Source: Bacteroides phage DAC15. Taken from it: a DNA stretch of 40,000 nucleotides. Made by a program: the position numbers and the translations under genes. The notes beneath the pieces were generated by a model. The model was not told the origin of the DNA. It made no database searches and was given only the letters and a program-made list of their open reading frames with translations. The DNA lies in sequence record MT074136.1. One strand, written 5' to 3'. Below, piece by piece: positions 25,829 through 35,176 of the stretch. How positions within the stretch are numbered: position 1 is the stretch's first letter; each line of letters starts with the position of its first letter.

Positions 25829-26230
25829 ATGGATACAGCACAGATTATTGGGTTAGTGTTAGGTTCCAACTTGGTTAATAGTATAGTTACTTGGATACTA
25901 TCAAGGAGAAAGAATGAAGCTGAAGTCAATAAGACTAATGCTGAAGTTGATAGTACTCAACTTGATAATCTGACTAAGCAGTTAGACTTCTATAAGAAGC
26001 TAGTAACTGACTATAAGCACCAACTGGAAGAGTATATACAGATCAGTGAAGAGAATAGACTTGAACTTCTTAGATTGAGAAGAGTAGTAGGTAACATAGT
26101 GGTTGATGCTTGCTTAGCCAAAGGCTGTAGCAAGAGAATCTATTTAGATGATAAGACAGTAGAGGAACTGTTGGGAGGAACAAAGGAAGAAGTTAAATCA
26201 AAACTAGATAATAATGAGAAGACTGATTAG
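25829..26230 (+). CDS. holin-like membrane protein with coiled coil
   Basis: Single N-terminal hydrophobic segment IIGLVLGSNLVNSIVTWIL then a coiled coil; lysis-cassette position. Confidence 0.5.
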   Translation: MDTAQIIGLVLGSNLVNSIVTWILSRRKNEAEVNKTNAEVDSTQLDNLTKQLDFYKKLVTDYKHQLEEYIQISEENRLELLRLRRVVGNIVVDACLAKGCSKRIYLDDKTVEELLGGTKEEVKSKLDNNEKTD

Positions 26231-26579
26231 TTATAATGTATTTGAAGGGGACCCTAACCTGATTGCAGAGGGTCAGATTCTAGTAATAAGAGATTCTAAT
26301 GTTGAAGGTAAGATATCAGACATTCAACAAAGAGTAAATAGTAAGTTAGTATCTATGCTGACTTGCAAAGAGAGCAAAGTATTATTTGCTATTGGTGCTT
26401 CACCAGAAGATGCTACTATTACAATCAATGGTCAGGGTACTAACATGGTATATGTAAGTCCAGGTGATAAAGTATCTTACAGTGTGGAAAAGACAGGGTA
26501 CTTCCCACAGAGTGAGGATGACTTAGTGGTTAGTACTGATACTATTAAAACTATAGTACTACAAGTAAGACAAAGCTAA
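26214..26579 (+). CDS. hypothetical beta-rich protein
   Basis: ATITINGQGTNMVYVSPGDKVSYSVEKTGYFPQSEDDLVV is PEGA/Ig-like in pattern. Confidence 0.65.
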   Translation: MRRLISYNVFEGDPNLIAEGQILVIRDSNVEGKISDIQQRVNSKLVSMLTCKESKVLFAIGASPEDATITINGQGTNMVYVSPGDKVSYSVEKTGYFPQSEDDLVVSTDTIKTIVLQVRQS

Positions 26580-26580
26580 T

Positions 26581-27042
26581 ATGAAGCTAAGATTGAAGAG
26601 GATATTCAGAGGTGATAAGTACACAATAGGCAAGCTCTACATCAATGAAGTATATGAGTGTGATACTATAGAAGATACTGATAGAATGCTCACATCTCAG
26701 ATGTCTGTAGATGAGATTGCATCTAAGAAGGTATATGGGGAGACAGCTATTCCTACAGGTACTTATAAGATAGACATGGATACTGTTAGTCCTAAGTTCC
26801 AGAATAGAGCCTGGGCTAAACCTTATAATGGTAAGTTGCCTAGACTAATTGATGTTAAAGGTTATAGTGGAGTGCTTATCCATGTAGGAAACAAACCAGA
26901 GGATACATTAGGTTGTATCTTGGTTGGAGAGAATAAAGTAAAGGGGCAGGTTATTAATAGCACAGCTACCTTCTATGAATTAATGACAGCTCTTCTCAAA
27001 GCACATAAAGCTGGAGAGGAAATATGCATTACCATAGAATAG
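26581..27042 (+). CDS. DUF5675-like protein, putative cell-wall/lysis enzyme
   Basis: TIGKLYINEVYECDTIED...AIPTGTYKI...LIHVGNKPEDTLGCILVG pattern. Confidence 0.6.
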   Translation: MKLRLKRIFRGDKYTIGKLYINEVYECDTIEDTDRMLTSQMSVDEIASKKVYGETAIPTGTYKIDMDTVSPKFQNRAWAKPYNGKLPRLIDVKGYSGVLIHVGNKPEDTLGCILVGENKVKGQVINSTATFYELMTALLKAHKAGEEICITIE

Positions 27043-27052
27043 TATGAAGGTT

Positions 27053-27092
27053 GGGGAGGGAGTTAAGTTTAACTCTGCTCCCCTTTCTTTTG
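27053..27092 (+). terminator. rho-independent terminator closing the lysis cassette
   Basis: GGGGAG...GAGTTAA/TTTAACTC...CTCCCC followed by TTTCTTTT. Confidence 0.85.
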
Positions 27093-27144
27093 TCAATACT
27101 CTAAGTATCTTACTAATACTCAAATGACAGTTAGACTTATAGTA

Positions 27145-27175
27145 TTGCACAATTAGAAAGTTTACTTTATCTTTG
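27145..27175 (+). promoter_or_regulatory. Bacteroidales-type promoter for the capsid operon
   Basis: TTG 27145-27147, N20, TATCTTTG 27168-27175; CDS at 27204. Confidence 0.88.
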
Positions 27176-27203
27176 CATAGTTTAATAATGGAGGAGAGTT
27201 TAT

Positions 27204-28352
27204 ATGGAAGGATTAGACATGGATAATATCCTGTCACCAGATGAAGTGGAAACACTGTTTACTGATGACAATACTGAAGAAACACAGGTCACTCCACCTG
27301 CACAAGAAGGAGACAATAATAAAGATAAAACTACTGAGGTTCCACCAGTTAACCCTGATGAGTTATTTGAGGAACCAGAGAGCGTAGGTAGTGGTAAAGT
27401 AGATACACAAGGCAAAGAGAATACCAATCCTGATGAAGGTACTGGTGCTTCTCCCAAAGCTAACTTCTACTCTTCCATTGCCAGTGCTTTGAAGGAGGAA
27501 GGTATTCTCTCAGACCTTGATGATGAAACTTTAGGTAAGATTAAAACTCCAGAAGACTTTGCAGAAGCTGTGGATACTTACCTTAAGAATCAACTGGATG
27601 AGAGACAAAGAAAGATTGATGAAGCTTTACAAGTAGGTGTGGAACCTGATGAAATCAGACAGTATGAATCAACTATTCAATACTTAGATAGCATCACTGA
27701 TGAAGCACTTTCAGACGAGTCTGAAAAGGGCATCAATCTAAGAAAGAAACTTATCTTCCAAGACTTCATTAATAGAGGATTCAGTCAGGAAAGAGCTAGA
27801 AGAGAGACTGACAAGTCATTCAATGCTGGTACTGATATTGAAGATGCTAAAGAAGCACGTATTAGTAATAAGGAGTACTTCAAACAGGAGTATGATGATA
27901 TTATTAATGAGGCAAAGGAGAAGGAAGAAGAACACAGAAAAGAGTTAGAGAAACAATCAAAGGAGATTAGAAAGTCTATTATTGAGGATAAGGAAATATT
28001 CCCAGGACTGGAACTTGATAAGACTACTAGAGAGAAGATATATAACTCTGTAAGTAAGCCTGTTTACAAAGACCCTGAGACAGGTGAGTATCTAACTGCT
28101 GTTCAGAAGTATCAAAGAGATAACAAAGTTGACTTCACTAAGAAGCTTGGACTATTGTTTACTCTTACTGATGGCTTCACTAACTTAGACAAATTAGTCA
28201 AACCAACTGCTAAGAAGCAGGTTAAACAGAGTCTGAGAGAGCTGGAACACACTATCAACACTACTAGAAGGAACACAGATGGAAGTCTGAACTTTATAAC
28301 AGGTGTTAGTGATGACCCAGATTCTAAAGCTAGTTGGGAACCTGACGTATAA
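27204..28352 (+). CDS. capsid scaffolding protein
   Basis: Acidic, highly charged helical protein immediately upstream of the major capsid protein gene. Confidence 0.7.
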   Translation: MEGLDMDNILSPDEVETLFTDDNTEETQVTPPAQEGDNNKDKTTEVPPVNPDELFEEPESVGSGKVDTQGKENTNPDEGTGASPKANFYSSIASALKEEGILSDLDDETLGKIKTPEDFAEAVDTYLKNQLDERQRKIDEALQVGVEPDEIRQYESTIQYLDSITDEALSDESEKGINLRKKLIFQDFINRGFSQERARRETDKSFNAGTDIEDAKEARISNKEYFKQEYDDIINEAKEKEEEHRKELEKQSKEIRKSIIEDKEIFPGLELDKTTREKIYNSVSKPVYKDPETGEYLTAVQKYQRDNKVDFTKKLGLLFTLTDGFTNLDKLVKPTAKKQVKQSLRELEHTINTTRRNTDGSLNFITGVSDDPDSKASWEPDV

Positions 28353-28382
28353 AGATAAAAATAACTGTTAAATGATTAAATT

Positions 28383-29903
28383 ATGGCTGGAAAATTAAGT
28401 AAATTCCAAATGATTGGTTTTCAACACTGGAAAGGGTTGACTACTGAGAATCACTTAGGTGCTATCTTCCAAAGAGCACCACAGAAGGCAACTAACTTAA
28501 TGGTGCAACTGCTAGCTTTTCACAGAGGAAAGACACTTGATACATTCCTAAGTTCATTCCCCACAAAGACATTTGAGGATGATAGTGAATACTACTGGGA
28601 TGTTATTGGTAGCTCAAGAAGAAACATTCCTCTTATTGAAGCTAGAGATGAGAATGGTGTAGTAATCACTGCTGCTTCAGGTAATGTAGGTGTAGGTGGT
28701 GCTCCTTTCTATCTAGTGTTCCCAGAAGACTGGTTTGCTGATGGTGAAGTTATTGTTGGTAACTTGAATCAAGTATATCCACAAAGACTGTTAGGAGATG
28801 GCAGACCTGAAGGTTCAAACCATGTATATAAGGTAGAACTTATGGGTGGCAACAGCAAGGGTATCCCTGCTGAGAGACTGCTTGCAGGTGAAAGATACTC
28901 TGTAGAATTTGCTCCTGTTGAGAGAGAACTTTCTAGAAAGGTTGGTGACATCAGATTCACTTCTCCTGTTTCTATGAGAAATGAATGGACTACTATCAGA
29001 ATCCAACACAAGACCCCAGGTTCTATGCTTGATAGAAAGCTTGCCTTTGGTATCCCTATGGTACACAGAGATGAAGCTGGTAGACAAGTTAAGGATACTG
29101 CAAACAAGTGGATGCACTATGTAGAGTGGGAAGTTGAATGTCAGTTTGATGAATACAAGAACAATGCAATGGCATTTGGTACATCTAACAGAAATATCAA
29201 TGGTGAATACATGAACTTTGGTAAGTCTGGTAATGTTATCAAGACTGGTGCAGGTATCTTTGAACAAACTGAAGTAGCTAATACCATGTATTACAATGAT
29301 ACTAATGGTGTAATGAAGCTATTACTGGATGCTCTATATGAACTGTCTGCTGGTAAGTTAGGATTTGGTGACAGACGCTTCATCATCAAGACTGGTGAAA
29401 GAGGTGCATTACTGTTTAACCAAGAAGCTAAGAAGACTACTTCAGGCTGGATGCCTATCATCTCAACTCAGAACCCTGCAATCTATCAGAAGGTTCAAAG
29501 TAACTTTGCTCAGAATGCTATTGCAGTTACTGACTATCAAGTTACTGAATGGAGAGCTCCTAATGGTGTTGTTGTAACACTGGATGTTGACCCATTCTAC
29601 GATGACCCAGTAAGAAACAAGATTCTTCACCCACAGGGTGGTGTAGCATTCTCTTACAGATTTGATATTTGGTATATTGGTACTATGGACCAACCTAATA
29701 TCCAGAAGTGTGCTATCAAGGGTCAGACTGAGTTTAGAGGTTACCAATGGGGCTTCAGAAATCCATTTACTGGACAGATGAATAACCCTAATATGTCCTA
29801 TGATGAAGACAGTGCTGTTATTCACAGAATGGCTACTCTAGGTACATTGGTATTAGACCCAACTAGAACAATGTCACTTATCCCTGCTATCCTGCAAGGG
29901 TAA
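28383..29903 (+). CDS. major capsid protein (crAss-like HK97 fold)
   Basis: MAGKLSKFQMIGFQHWKGLTTENHLGAIFQRAPQKATNLMVQLLAFHRGKTLDTFLSSFPTKTFEDDSEYYWDVIGSSRRNIPLIEARD is characteristic of crAss-like MCPs. Confidence 0.93.
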   Translation: MAGKLSKFQMIGFQHWKGLTTENHLGAIFQRAPQKATNLMVQLLAFHRGKTLDTFLSSFPTKTFEDDSEYYWDVIGSSRRNIPLIEARDENGVVITAASGNVGVGGAPFYLVFPEDWFADGEVIVGNLNQVYPQRLLGDGRPEGSNHVYKVELMGGNSKGIPAERLLAGERYSVEFAPVERELSRKVGDIRFTSPVSMRNEWTTIRIQHKTPGSMLDRKLAFGIPMVHRDEAGRQVKDTANKWMHYVEWEVECQFDEYKNNAMAFGTSNRNINGEYMNFGKSGNVIKTGAGIFEQTEVANTMYYNDTNGVMKLLLDALYELSAGKLGFGDRRFIIKTGERGALLFNQEAKKTTSGWMPIISTQNPAIYQKVQSNFAQNAIAVTDYQVTEWRAPNGVVVTLDVDPFYDDPVRNKILHPQGGVAFSYRFDIWYIGTMDQPNIQKCAIKGQTEFRGYQWGFRNPFTGQMNNPNMSYDEDSAVIHRMATLGTLVLDPTRTMSLIPAILQG

Positions 29904-29910
29904 ACATACA

Positions 29911-29941
29911 GGGGAAGGTTAACCCCTTCCCCTTTCTTTTT
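29911..29941 (+). terminator. rho-independent terminator after the MCP gene
   Basis: GGGGAAGG-TTAACC-CCTTCCCC followed by TTTCTTTTT. Confidence 0.88.
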
Positions 29942-29966
29942 ATAATAACTATTGGAGAAGTATAAT

Positions 29967-30953
29967 ATGGGAAGTAAAGTAGTAGAAGAGATGTTGGATG
30001 ATGATGCTATCAATGAAACAACAGCAATCATTCCACAGTTAGAGGAGCCTGAAGTAGAGGCTAAACCTAGAAAAAAGAACACAGCAGTAGCTAAGTCAAA
30101 TGAGCTACAGAGCTGCTTAAGAAATGAAAGAATTATTGTAAGATATGTACCTAAAGAGAGTGGGCTTGTAACTAACCCTAAACATATTCTTTATGGTGGT
30201 ATGGCTGAGAATGCAGTTAAGTACTTCACAGTACCCCAACTAGAGTCAGGCAGACTGATTAACATACTTACAGATGAAGAGAAAGAGTTCCTTGAAGACA
30301 TAATGGGTCTTGAATACAATGCTCTTTCAATCTACAAAAAAGAAGGAAACTATTGGTCAAACAGACAAGTAAGACTGCTTAAAACAGATAACATCTTAGA
30401 CCTGTCTGACCCTGAACAATATATCAAGTATAAGATTCTGCTAGCTAATAAGGATGAGATTGCTCCATCACTTCAAGCATTAATGGATTCACCCAAAGCT
30501 ACATACAAGTATGTGTGTATTAAGGAAGGTGAAGAAACATCATCTGCAAGACAGGAAATGTCAGCTACTATGCAGGCTTATATGGAATATGGTAAGTTTG
30601 AGAATGATGCAGACACCTTAAGAACTATTATTGAGACTATTGATGGTAGACCTCTTGCTGCATCTACTAAGATTGAGTTCTTACAAACTAAGATTAACAA
30701 GCTTATCCAAGCTGATGCCAAGCTGTTCTTAAGAGTTATTACAGACCCATTGTTATCAAACAAGGTACTTATTAAGAGTGCAGTTGAAAAGGGTCTCATC
30801 TCTAATAGAGGAGGTTACTTCTACTTAAAAGAAGATGGTTCTCCTATGTGTGGTAATGGTGAAGACCCAACACTGAATACAGCAGCTAAGTTCATAGGCT
30901 TACCTAAGAACCAGAATATTAAATTCAGCTTAGAGGCTAAACTAAAACAGTAG
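29967..30953 (+). CDS. conserved crAss-like structural/head protein
   Basis: Position directly after MCP; ATG 29967 preceded by TTGGAGAAG. Confidence 0.7.
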   Translation: MGSKVVEEMLDDDAINETTAIIPQLEEPEVEAKPRKKNTAVAKSNELQSCLRNERIIVRYVPKESGLVTNPKHILYGGMAENAVKYFTVPQLESGRLINILTDEEKEFLEDIMGLEYNALSIYKKEGNYWSNRQVRLLKTDNILDLSDPEQYIKYKILLANKDEIAPSLQALMDSPKATYKYVCIKEGEETSSARQEMSATMQAYMEYGKFENDADTLRTIIETIDGRPLAASTKIEFLQTKINKLIQADAKLFLRVITDPLLSNKVLIKSAVEKGLISNRGGYFYLKEDGSPMCGNGEDPTLNTAAKFIGLPKNQNIKFSLEAKLKQ

Positions 30954-30956
30954 ACT

Positions 30957-31631
30957 ATGAATCATATTGAGTTTTCAAGTGAGTTTGATATACTTTATAA
31001 TAATATAATGTCCAATGCTGCTCCTGGACTCAATGAATATGAGAAATCAGTATTCCTAACTCAAGCTCAAGAGCAGACAGTTATTGAAGCCTATACAGGT
31101 GATAACAATAACAGCAGCTTTGAAAGAACTGAGGAGGTAAGAAGGTACTTGAGTGAATTAGTAAAGACCTATATTACAGACACTAAAGAGTCTGGAACAG
31201 GTCTTTCTACTAACTCAGTATTCTTTAAGATACCTGATGACATCTGGTATGTGACTTATGAATCAGTCAAACTGCTAGATGATAATCTAGGTTGCAAGAA
31301 TGGAAGTGAAGCTCTTGTATTTCCTACTACTCAAGATGAGTACTGGAGATTATCCAAGAACCCTTTCAGAGGTCCTTCAGACAGCAGAGTATTGAGATTG
31401 GATAATAGCTCTAATATAATAGAGCTGATTTCAAAATACAACATAAACACCTATCTGATTAGATACTTAGTTCAACCAAGTCCAATCATATTGGATGACC
31501 TTTCTAGTTATGATATGACCATTAATGGTGTATCAGAGATAACAGAATGTAAATTAAATCCTGTATTGCACAGAGTTATATTAACTAGAGCTGTGACACT
31601 TGCTAAGCTAGCATATATAGGTAAAGAATAA
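30957..31631 (+). CDS. head-tail connector / ring-type protein
   Basis: Position and pattern (SEFDILYNNI...LNEYEKSVFLTQAQE.....) as in crAss-like genomes. Confidence 0.65.
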   Translation: MNHIEFSSEFDILYNNIMSNAAPGLNEYEKSVFLTQAQEQTVIEAYTGDNNNSSFERTEEVRRYLSELVKTYITDTKESGTGLSTNSVFFKIPDDIWYVTYESVKLLDDNLGCKNGSEALVFPTTQDEYWRLSKNPFRGPSDSRVLRLDNSSNIIELISKYNINTYLIRYLVQPSPIILDDLSSYDMTINGVSEITECKLNPVLHRVILTRAVTLAKLAYIGKE

Positions 31632-31658
31632 TATTGTTTAATTAAACTTTGAATTAAA

Positions 31659-32651
31659 ATGGCAACATTTTCAGTGAATCAAGTAAGACATTTATATGTC
31701 GCAAAAGCTCTAAAGGCTTCTACAGCAGCTCTAACTACTGCTGGAGATATCCTGCCTAAAGCAGATACAGCTAAGACTACTATGTACTTTCAGTACTTCA
31801 GTCCTGCTGGTGTAGTTGAGTCTAGTGATAAGATTACTATAGCCAACATTGAATATGCAAAGGCAACATCTTCTGAAGCAATGGCTAAGAAACTGGATAG
31901 ATACCAAGTAGTATTGGATGCTACTGTTAATGGTGGTGCACCAGTTGCAGGACAGGATTACATTCTGAGACTTGCTTTCAGACAATATGTAGGTCTGTCT
32001 CCTGAAGACCAATACTGGAAATATGGTATGGTTCATGCTTATAGTGGCATGACTGCATCAGATTTCTATAAGGCTATGGCTATCTCATTAGCTAAGAACT
32101 TAGCTAGAGAACTAACCCCTCTAGTTACTATCTACCTTATGGAGGGTTCTACTCCAACAGTAATTGACATTGATACAGACCCAGCAACTCTAACAGGTAC
32201 TTATACCTCTATTCAGATTGAGCAAGTAGCTCAGGAATGGATTCTTGGTACTATGCCTCAGGGTTATATTCCTTTCTCTGTTCAGCCTACTAACATCACA
32301 TTTGAAGGTGACAACAGGATCTGGGGTGAAGTAACTACTGTAACTCCTGTCAATGAAGTACAGAATGGTCATGTTGTAGCTGACATGGAATACTTCTTTG
32401 TTGGTGCAAGAGGTGACATCTACAGAAACATGGGATGGCCTAATGTTATTCATACTACTTATCTGGTTGACCCAACTCAGAAGTATGATACATTAGATAT
32501 TCACTACTACTGGGCAGGTGGTGCAGAAGATGTACAGAAGTCTCCTAGAACTATCACTTTAGTAGCAGTAGATGATGGTAGCCACACAGCAATGAATGCT
32601 CTTATTGCAGCAATCAATACTGCTTCTGGACTGACTATTGCAACTCTCTAA
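31659..32651 (+). CDS. conserved crAss-like virion structural protein
   Basis: MATFSVNQVRHLYVAKAL...; position in structural block. Confidence 0.65.
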   Translation: MATFSVNQVRHLYVAKALKASTAALTTAGDILPKADTAKTTMYFQYFSPAGVVESSDKITIANIEYAKATSSEAMAKKLDRYQVVLDATVNGGAPVAGQDYILRLAFRQYVGLSPEDQYWKYGMVHAYSGMTASDFYKAMAISLAKNLARELTPLVTIYLMEGSTPTVIDIDTDPATLTGTYTSIQIEQVAQEWILGTMPQGYIPFSVQPTNITFEGDNRIWGEVTTVTPVNEVQNGHVVADMEYFFVGARGDIYRNMGWPNVIHTTYLVDPTQKYDTLDIHYYWAGGAEDVQKSPRTITLVAVDDGSHTAMNALIAAINTASGLTIATL

Positions 32652-32665
32652 GAGTTAAAGTATAA

Positions 32666-32698
32666 AGAGCATAGATTAACCCTATGCTCTTTTTTTTT
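32666..32698 (+). terminator. rho-independent terminator
   Basis: AGAGCATAG-ATTAACC-CTATGCTCT followed by eight Ts. Confidence 0.92.
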
Positions 32699-32717
32699 AT
32701 CCACTAATAATAAAACT

Positions 32718-33356
32718 ATGCTACAATTTAACGAACTTAGAATCAGTCAGGATGGCAAGTATCTAATTATAGATGCATCCATTGCTGAAACATACTGTGC
32801 AAACAATGTACAGATAGATAGTGTAGTTATTGATACACAGGATACTTATGTAACCACTGGTCCTAGTGATAAGCCTATATACACCTATAGCTTAGGTGAC
32901 TCAGTTGATTTAACCTACTCTTTACCTGAACAATGTAACTGTAATCCAGTGCTTGAAGAGGAAGACAAGTCTTATTGCTTCACCTATGGAGAAGGTAACA
33001 AGAATGTAAGACTGAAGTTAAGCAAAGAGGACTTAGGCATGCCACTAGATGATAATATGTTCTTTGTATACATAATACCTTCTGGTAATATTACATATCC
33101 CTATGAAGCAGTACCTTATATAATGGGCACTGTAACTAACCTTTTCCCTATCTACCAAAACCTCATGAAGGGTGTTAAAGAGATAGAGAAGAAGTGTGAT
33201 ATACCTAAGTGTTTTATAGATGGAATGCTAAGACTAAAGGCACTAGAGCTGTGTATTAGAACTAATAACTATCCACAAGCTATTAAGTATTGGAACAAGT
33301 TCTTTAAGAATAAACTGGGTACTAACAGAGTAACTAATTGCAGTTGTTATGCATGA
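32718..33356 (+). CDS. conserved hypothetical structural protein
   Basis: ORF in structural block, beta-rich with paired Cys. Confidence 0.7.
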   Translation: MLQFNELRISQDGKYLIIDASIAETYCANNVQIDSVVIDTQDTYVTTGPSDKPIYTYSLGDSVDLTYSLPEQCNCNPVLEEEDKSYCFTYGEGNKNVRLKLSKEDLGMPLDDNMFFVYIIPSGNITYPYEAVPYIMGTVTNLFPIYQNLMKGVKEIEKKCDIPKCFIDGMLRLKALELCIRTNNYPQAIKYWNKFFKNKLGTNRVTNCSCYA

Positions 33357-33693
33357 GATTGATAACTTATCCTATGATGCCATAGTTAAGTACTTCAATG
33401 CTCTATCCCAGTTTGGCTATAAGAGCTATAGTGATGTATCTAAACTAATGGCACTACTCACTCTAGGAGATATGCTTCATGTCTTCAATGAGTATATAAC
33501 TGAGAAAGACCTTAGAGCTATAATCAATGCTGTTTATTGCTTAAGTGGCACTACCTGTCTTATAGACTTTCCTGAGTTCAGTGGTAATGAAGATAGCTTG
33601 GTTCATCAAACTAAGTTGTGCTTCACAGCCAGAGTAACTGAGGATAACAGGTTCAGAGTAACTGAAGATGACCTACTTAGAGCTAAAGCATAA
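33349..33693 (+). CDS. hypothetical protein
   Basis: ORF overlapping the upstream stop by 8 nt. Confidence 0.7.
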   Translation: MHEIDNLSYDAIVKYFNALSQFGYKSYSDVSKLMALLTLGDMLHVFNEYITEKDLRAIINAVYCLSGTTCLIDFPEFSGNEDSLVHQTKLCFTARVTEDNRFRVTEDDLLRAKA

Positions 33694-33727
33694 TATTTAT
33701 AGCCAGTAAATAAAACCAGTAAGACCC

Positions 33728-33758
33728 TTGTGTAGGTGAGTTTAATTACTTATCTTTG
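33728..33758 (+). promoter_or_regulatory. Bacteroidales-type promoter overlapped by an inverted repeat
   Basis: TTG 33728-33730, N20, TATCTTTG 33751-33758; CDS at 33790. Confidence 0.85.
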
Positions 33759-33789
33759 CACAAGGGTTTAATTATATAACAGTAACACT

Positions 33790-34476
33790 ATGGCTAAATT
33801 AAATGAGATTATATATATGTGCATGGATGAGCTAAAGCTCTCCAGTGATGATAGTTACTTCACAAGTGACCACATCAGGTTCTTACTATCCAAGTATAGG
33901 AGTTTCCTACTTAAGCAGAGATACTCAGATATAAAGAAGGCTATACCTGATTCTAACATCAGCACTATTTGTTTGGACCTTATAGAAGTGCCTGCAATAT
34001 CTGGAGAAGCCTGTGAAGGAGGTTCCTATCTAAGAACTAAATCTAAGGTCCCCTTTATGATGAATATAAAGATGCCTAGAGTGTATCCAGTAGATTACTA
34101 TCAAGGTGAAATCACTTATGTGAGTAGGGATAGAATGAAGTATGTAGGTTACAATAAGTACTTATCAAATATCATCTATTGTTCACTAGCACCTGATAAC
34201 TACATATACTTCAAGTCAGCTAATCCTCAATATCTGTACCTTGAGAAGGTTAGAATCAGTGCAGTCTTTACTGACTTTGAGGAGACCTTCCACCTACAAT
34301 GTAATGAAGATGGGACTATATGTGATATTGATGATATGGAGTTCCCTATTGAATCCAACCTTATTCCACCTCTTATTGAACTTGTGGTTAAAGAGCTTGG
34401 AAACTCAGAACTTATTAGAGAGGATGAGTCAAATAATGCTAAAGATGACTTGCCTGATATGAATAGGAGTAAGTAG
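33790..34476 (+). CDS. ring/tail-adaptor protein, crAss-like
   Basis: MAKLNEIIYMCMDELKLSSDDSYFTSDHIRFLLSKYRSFLLKQRY pattern and position. Confidence 0.7.
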   Translation: MAKLNEIIYMCMDELKLSSDDSYFTSDHIRFLLSKYRSFLLKQRYSDIKKAIPDSNISTICLDLIEVPAISGEACEGGSYLRTKSKVPFMMNIKMPRVYPVDYYQGEITYVSRDRMKYVGYNKYLSNIIYCSLAPDNYIYFKSANPQYLYLEKVRISAVFTDFEETFHLQCNEDGTICDIDDMEFPIESNLIPPLIELVVKELGNSELIREDESNNAKDDLPDMNRSK

Positions 34477-34477
34477 T

Positions 34478-35176
34478 ATGTGGACAGTATATAGACATAT
34501 AACTCCTTCTGGCAAGGTATATGTAGGTATTACTTCCAGAAATCCACTATATAGATGGAATAATGGCAGAGGATATTTCAACTCTAAGAGTTCTCCTTTA
34601 AAGAGCTCTATCATAAAGTATGGCTGGGATAACATCAAACATGAAATACTATTTACCAATCTAGAAGAATCAAGGGCTAAGTCCTTGGAGGTAGATTTGA
34701 TAAGACACTATAAGAACCTAGGTATTAGCATTAATATTACTGATGGTGGAGATGGTACTGTTGGGATTACTCCTTGGAATAAGGGTATTAAAGTCCCTTG
34801 GGAGAAATCTAATAAGCTGAAGGGTAGGAAGTTGACACCAGAGCATAAAAAGAAGTTATCTCTAGCTCATATAGGTAAGTCTCCAACAAAGACATGGAAG
34901 CTGTCTGATAGCAGGAAGGAGGCTATTAGAATTGCTAATACAGGGAGACATAAATCAGCAGAGGAGATTAACAGGATTAGAGAGGCATTCTCAAAGCCAG
35001 TTATAGTCTATACTATGGCTGGTGACATTGTAGGTAGATTTAGATCAGGGAAAGAAGCTGCTGATTATCTAGGTTGTGATTCTTCTGGTGTATTGAAATG
35101 TTGCAGATATAAACAAAAGACTTGTATGGGACATATAATTAGATTTGAATATGACACTAGAAGAGTTCAGACATAA
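34478..35176 (+). CDS. GIY-YIG homing endonuclease with NUMOD3/NUMOD1-type repeats
   Basis: TVYRHITPSGKVYVGIT, INITDGGDGTVG, NKGIKVPWEKSNKLKGRKLTPEHKKKLSLAHIG, VYTMAGDIVGRFRSGKEAADYLG. Confidence 0.92.
   Translation: MWTVYRHITPSGKVYVGITSRNPLYRWNNGRGYFNSKSSPLKSSIIKYGWDNIKHEILFTNLEESRAKSLEVDLIRHYKNLGISINITDGGDGTVGITPWNKGIKVPWEKSNKLKGRKLTPEHKKKLSLAHIGKSPTKTWKLSDSRKEAIRIANTGRHKSAEEINRIREAFSKPVIVYTMAGDIVGRFRSGKEAADYLGCDSSGVLKCCRYKQKTCMGHIIRFEYDTRRVQT

Noticed and set aside
28769-29825. Minus-strand ORFs of 112-150 aa antisense to the MCP gene
   Set aside because: Shadow ORFs from codon bias of a confidently identified MCP.
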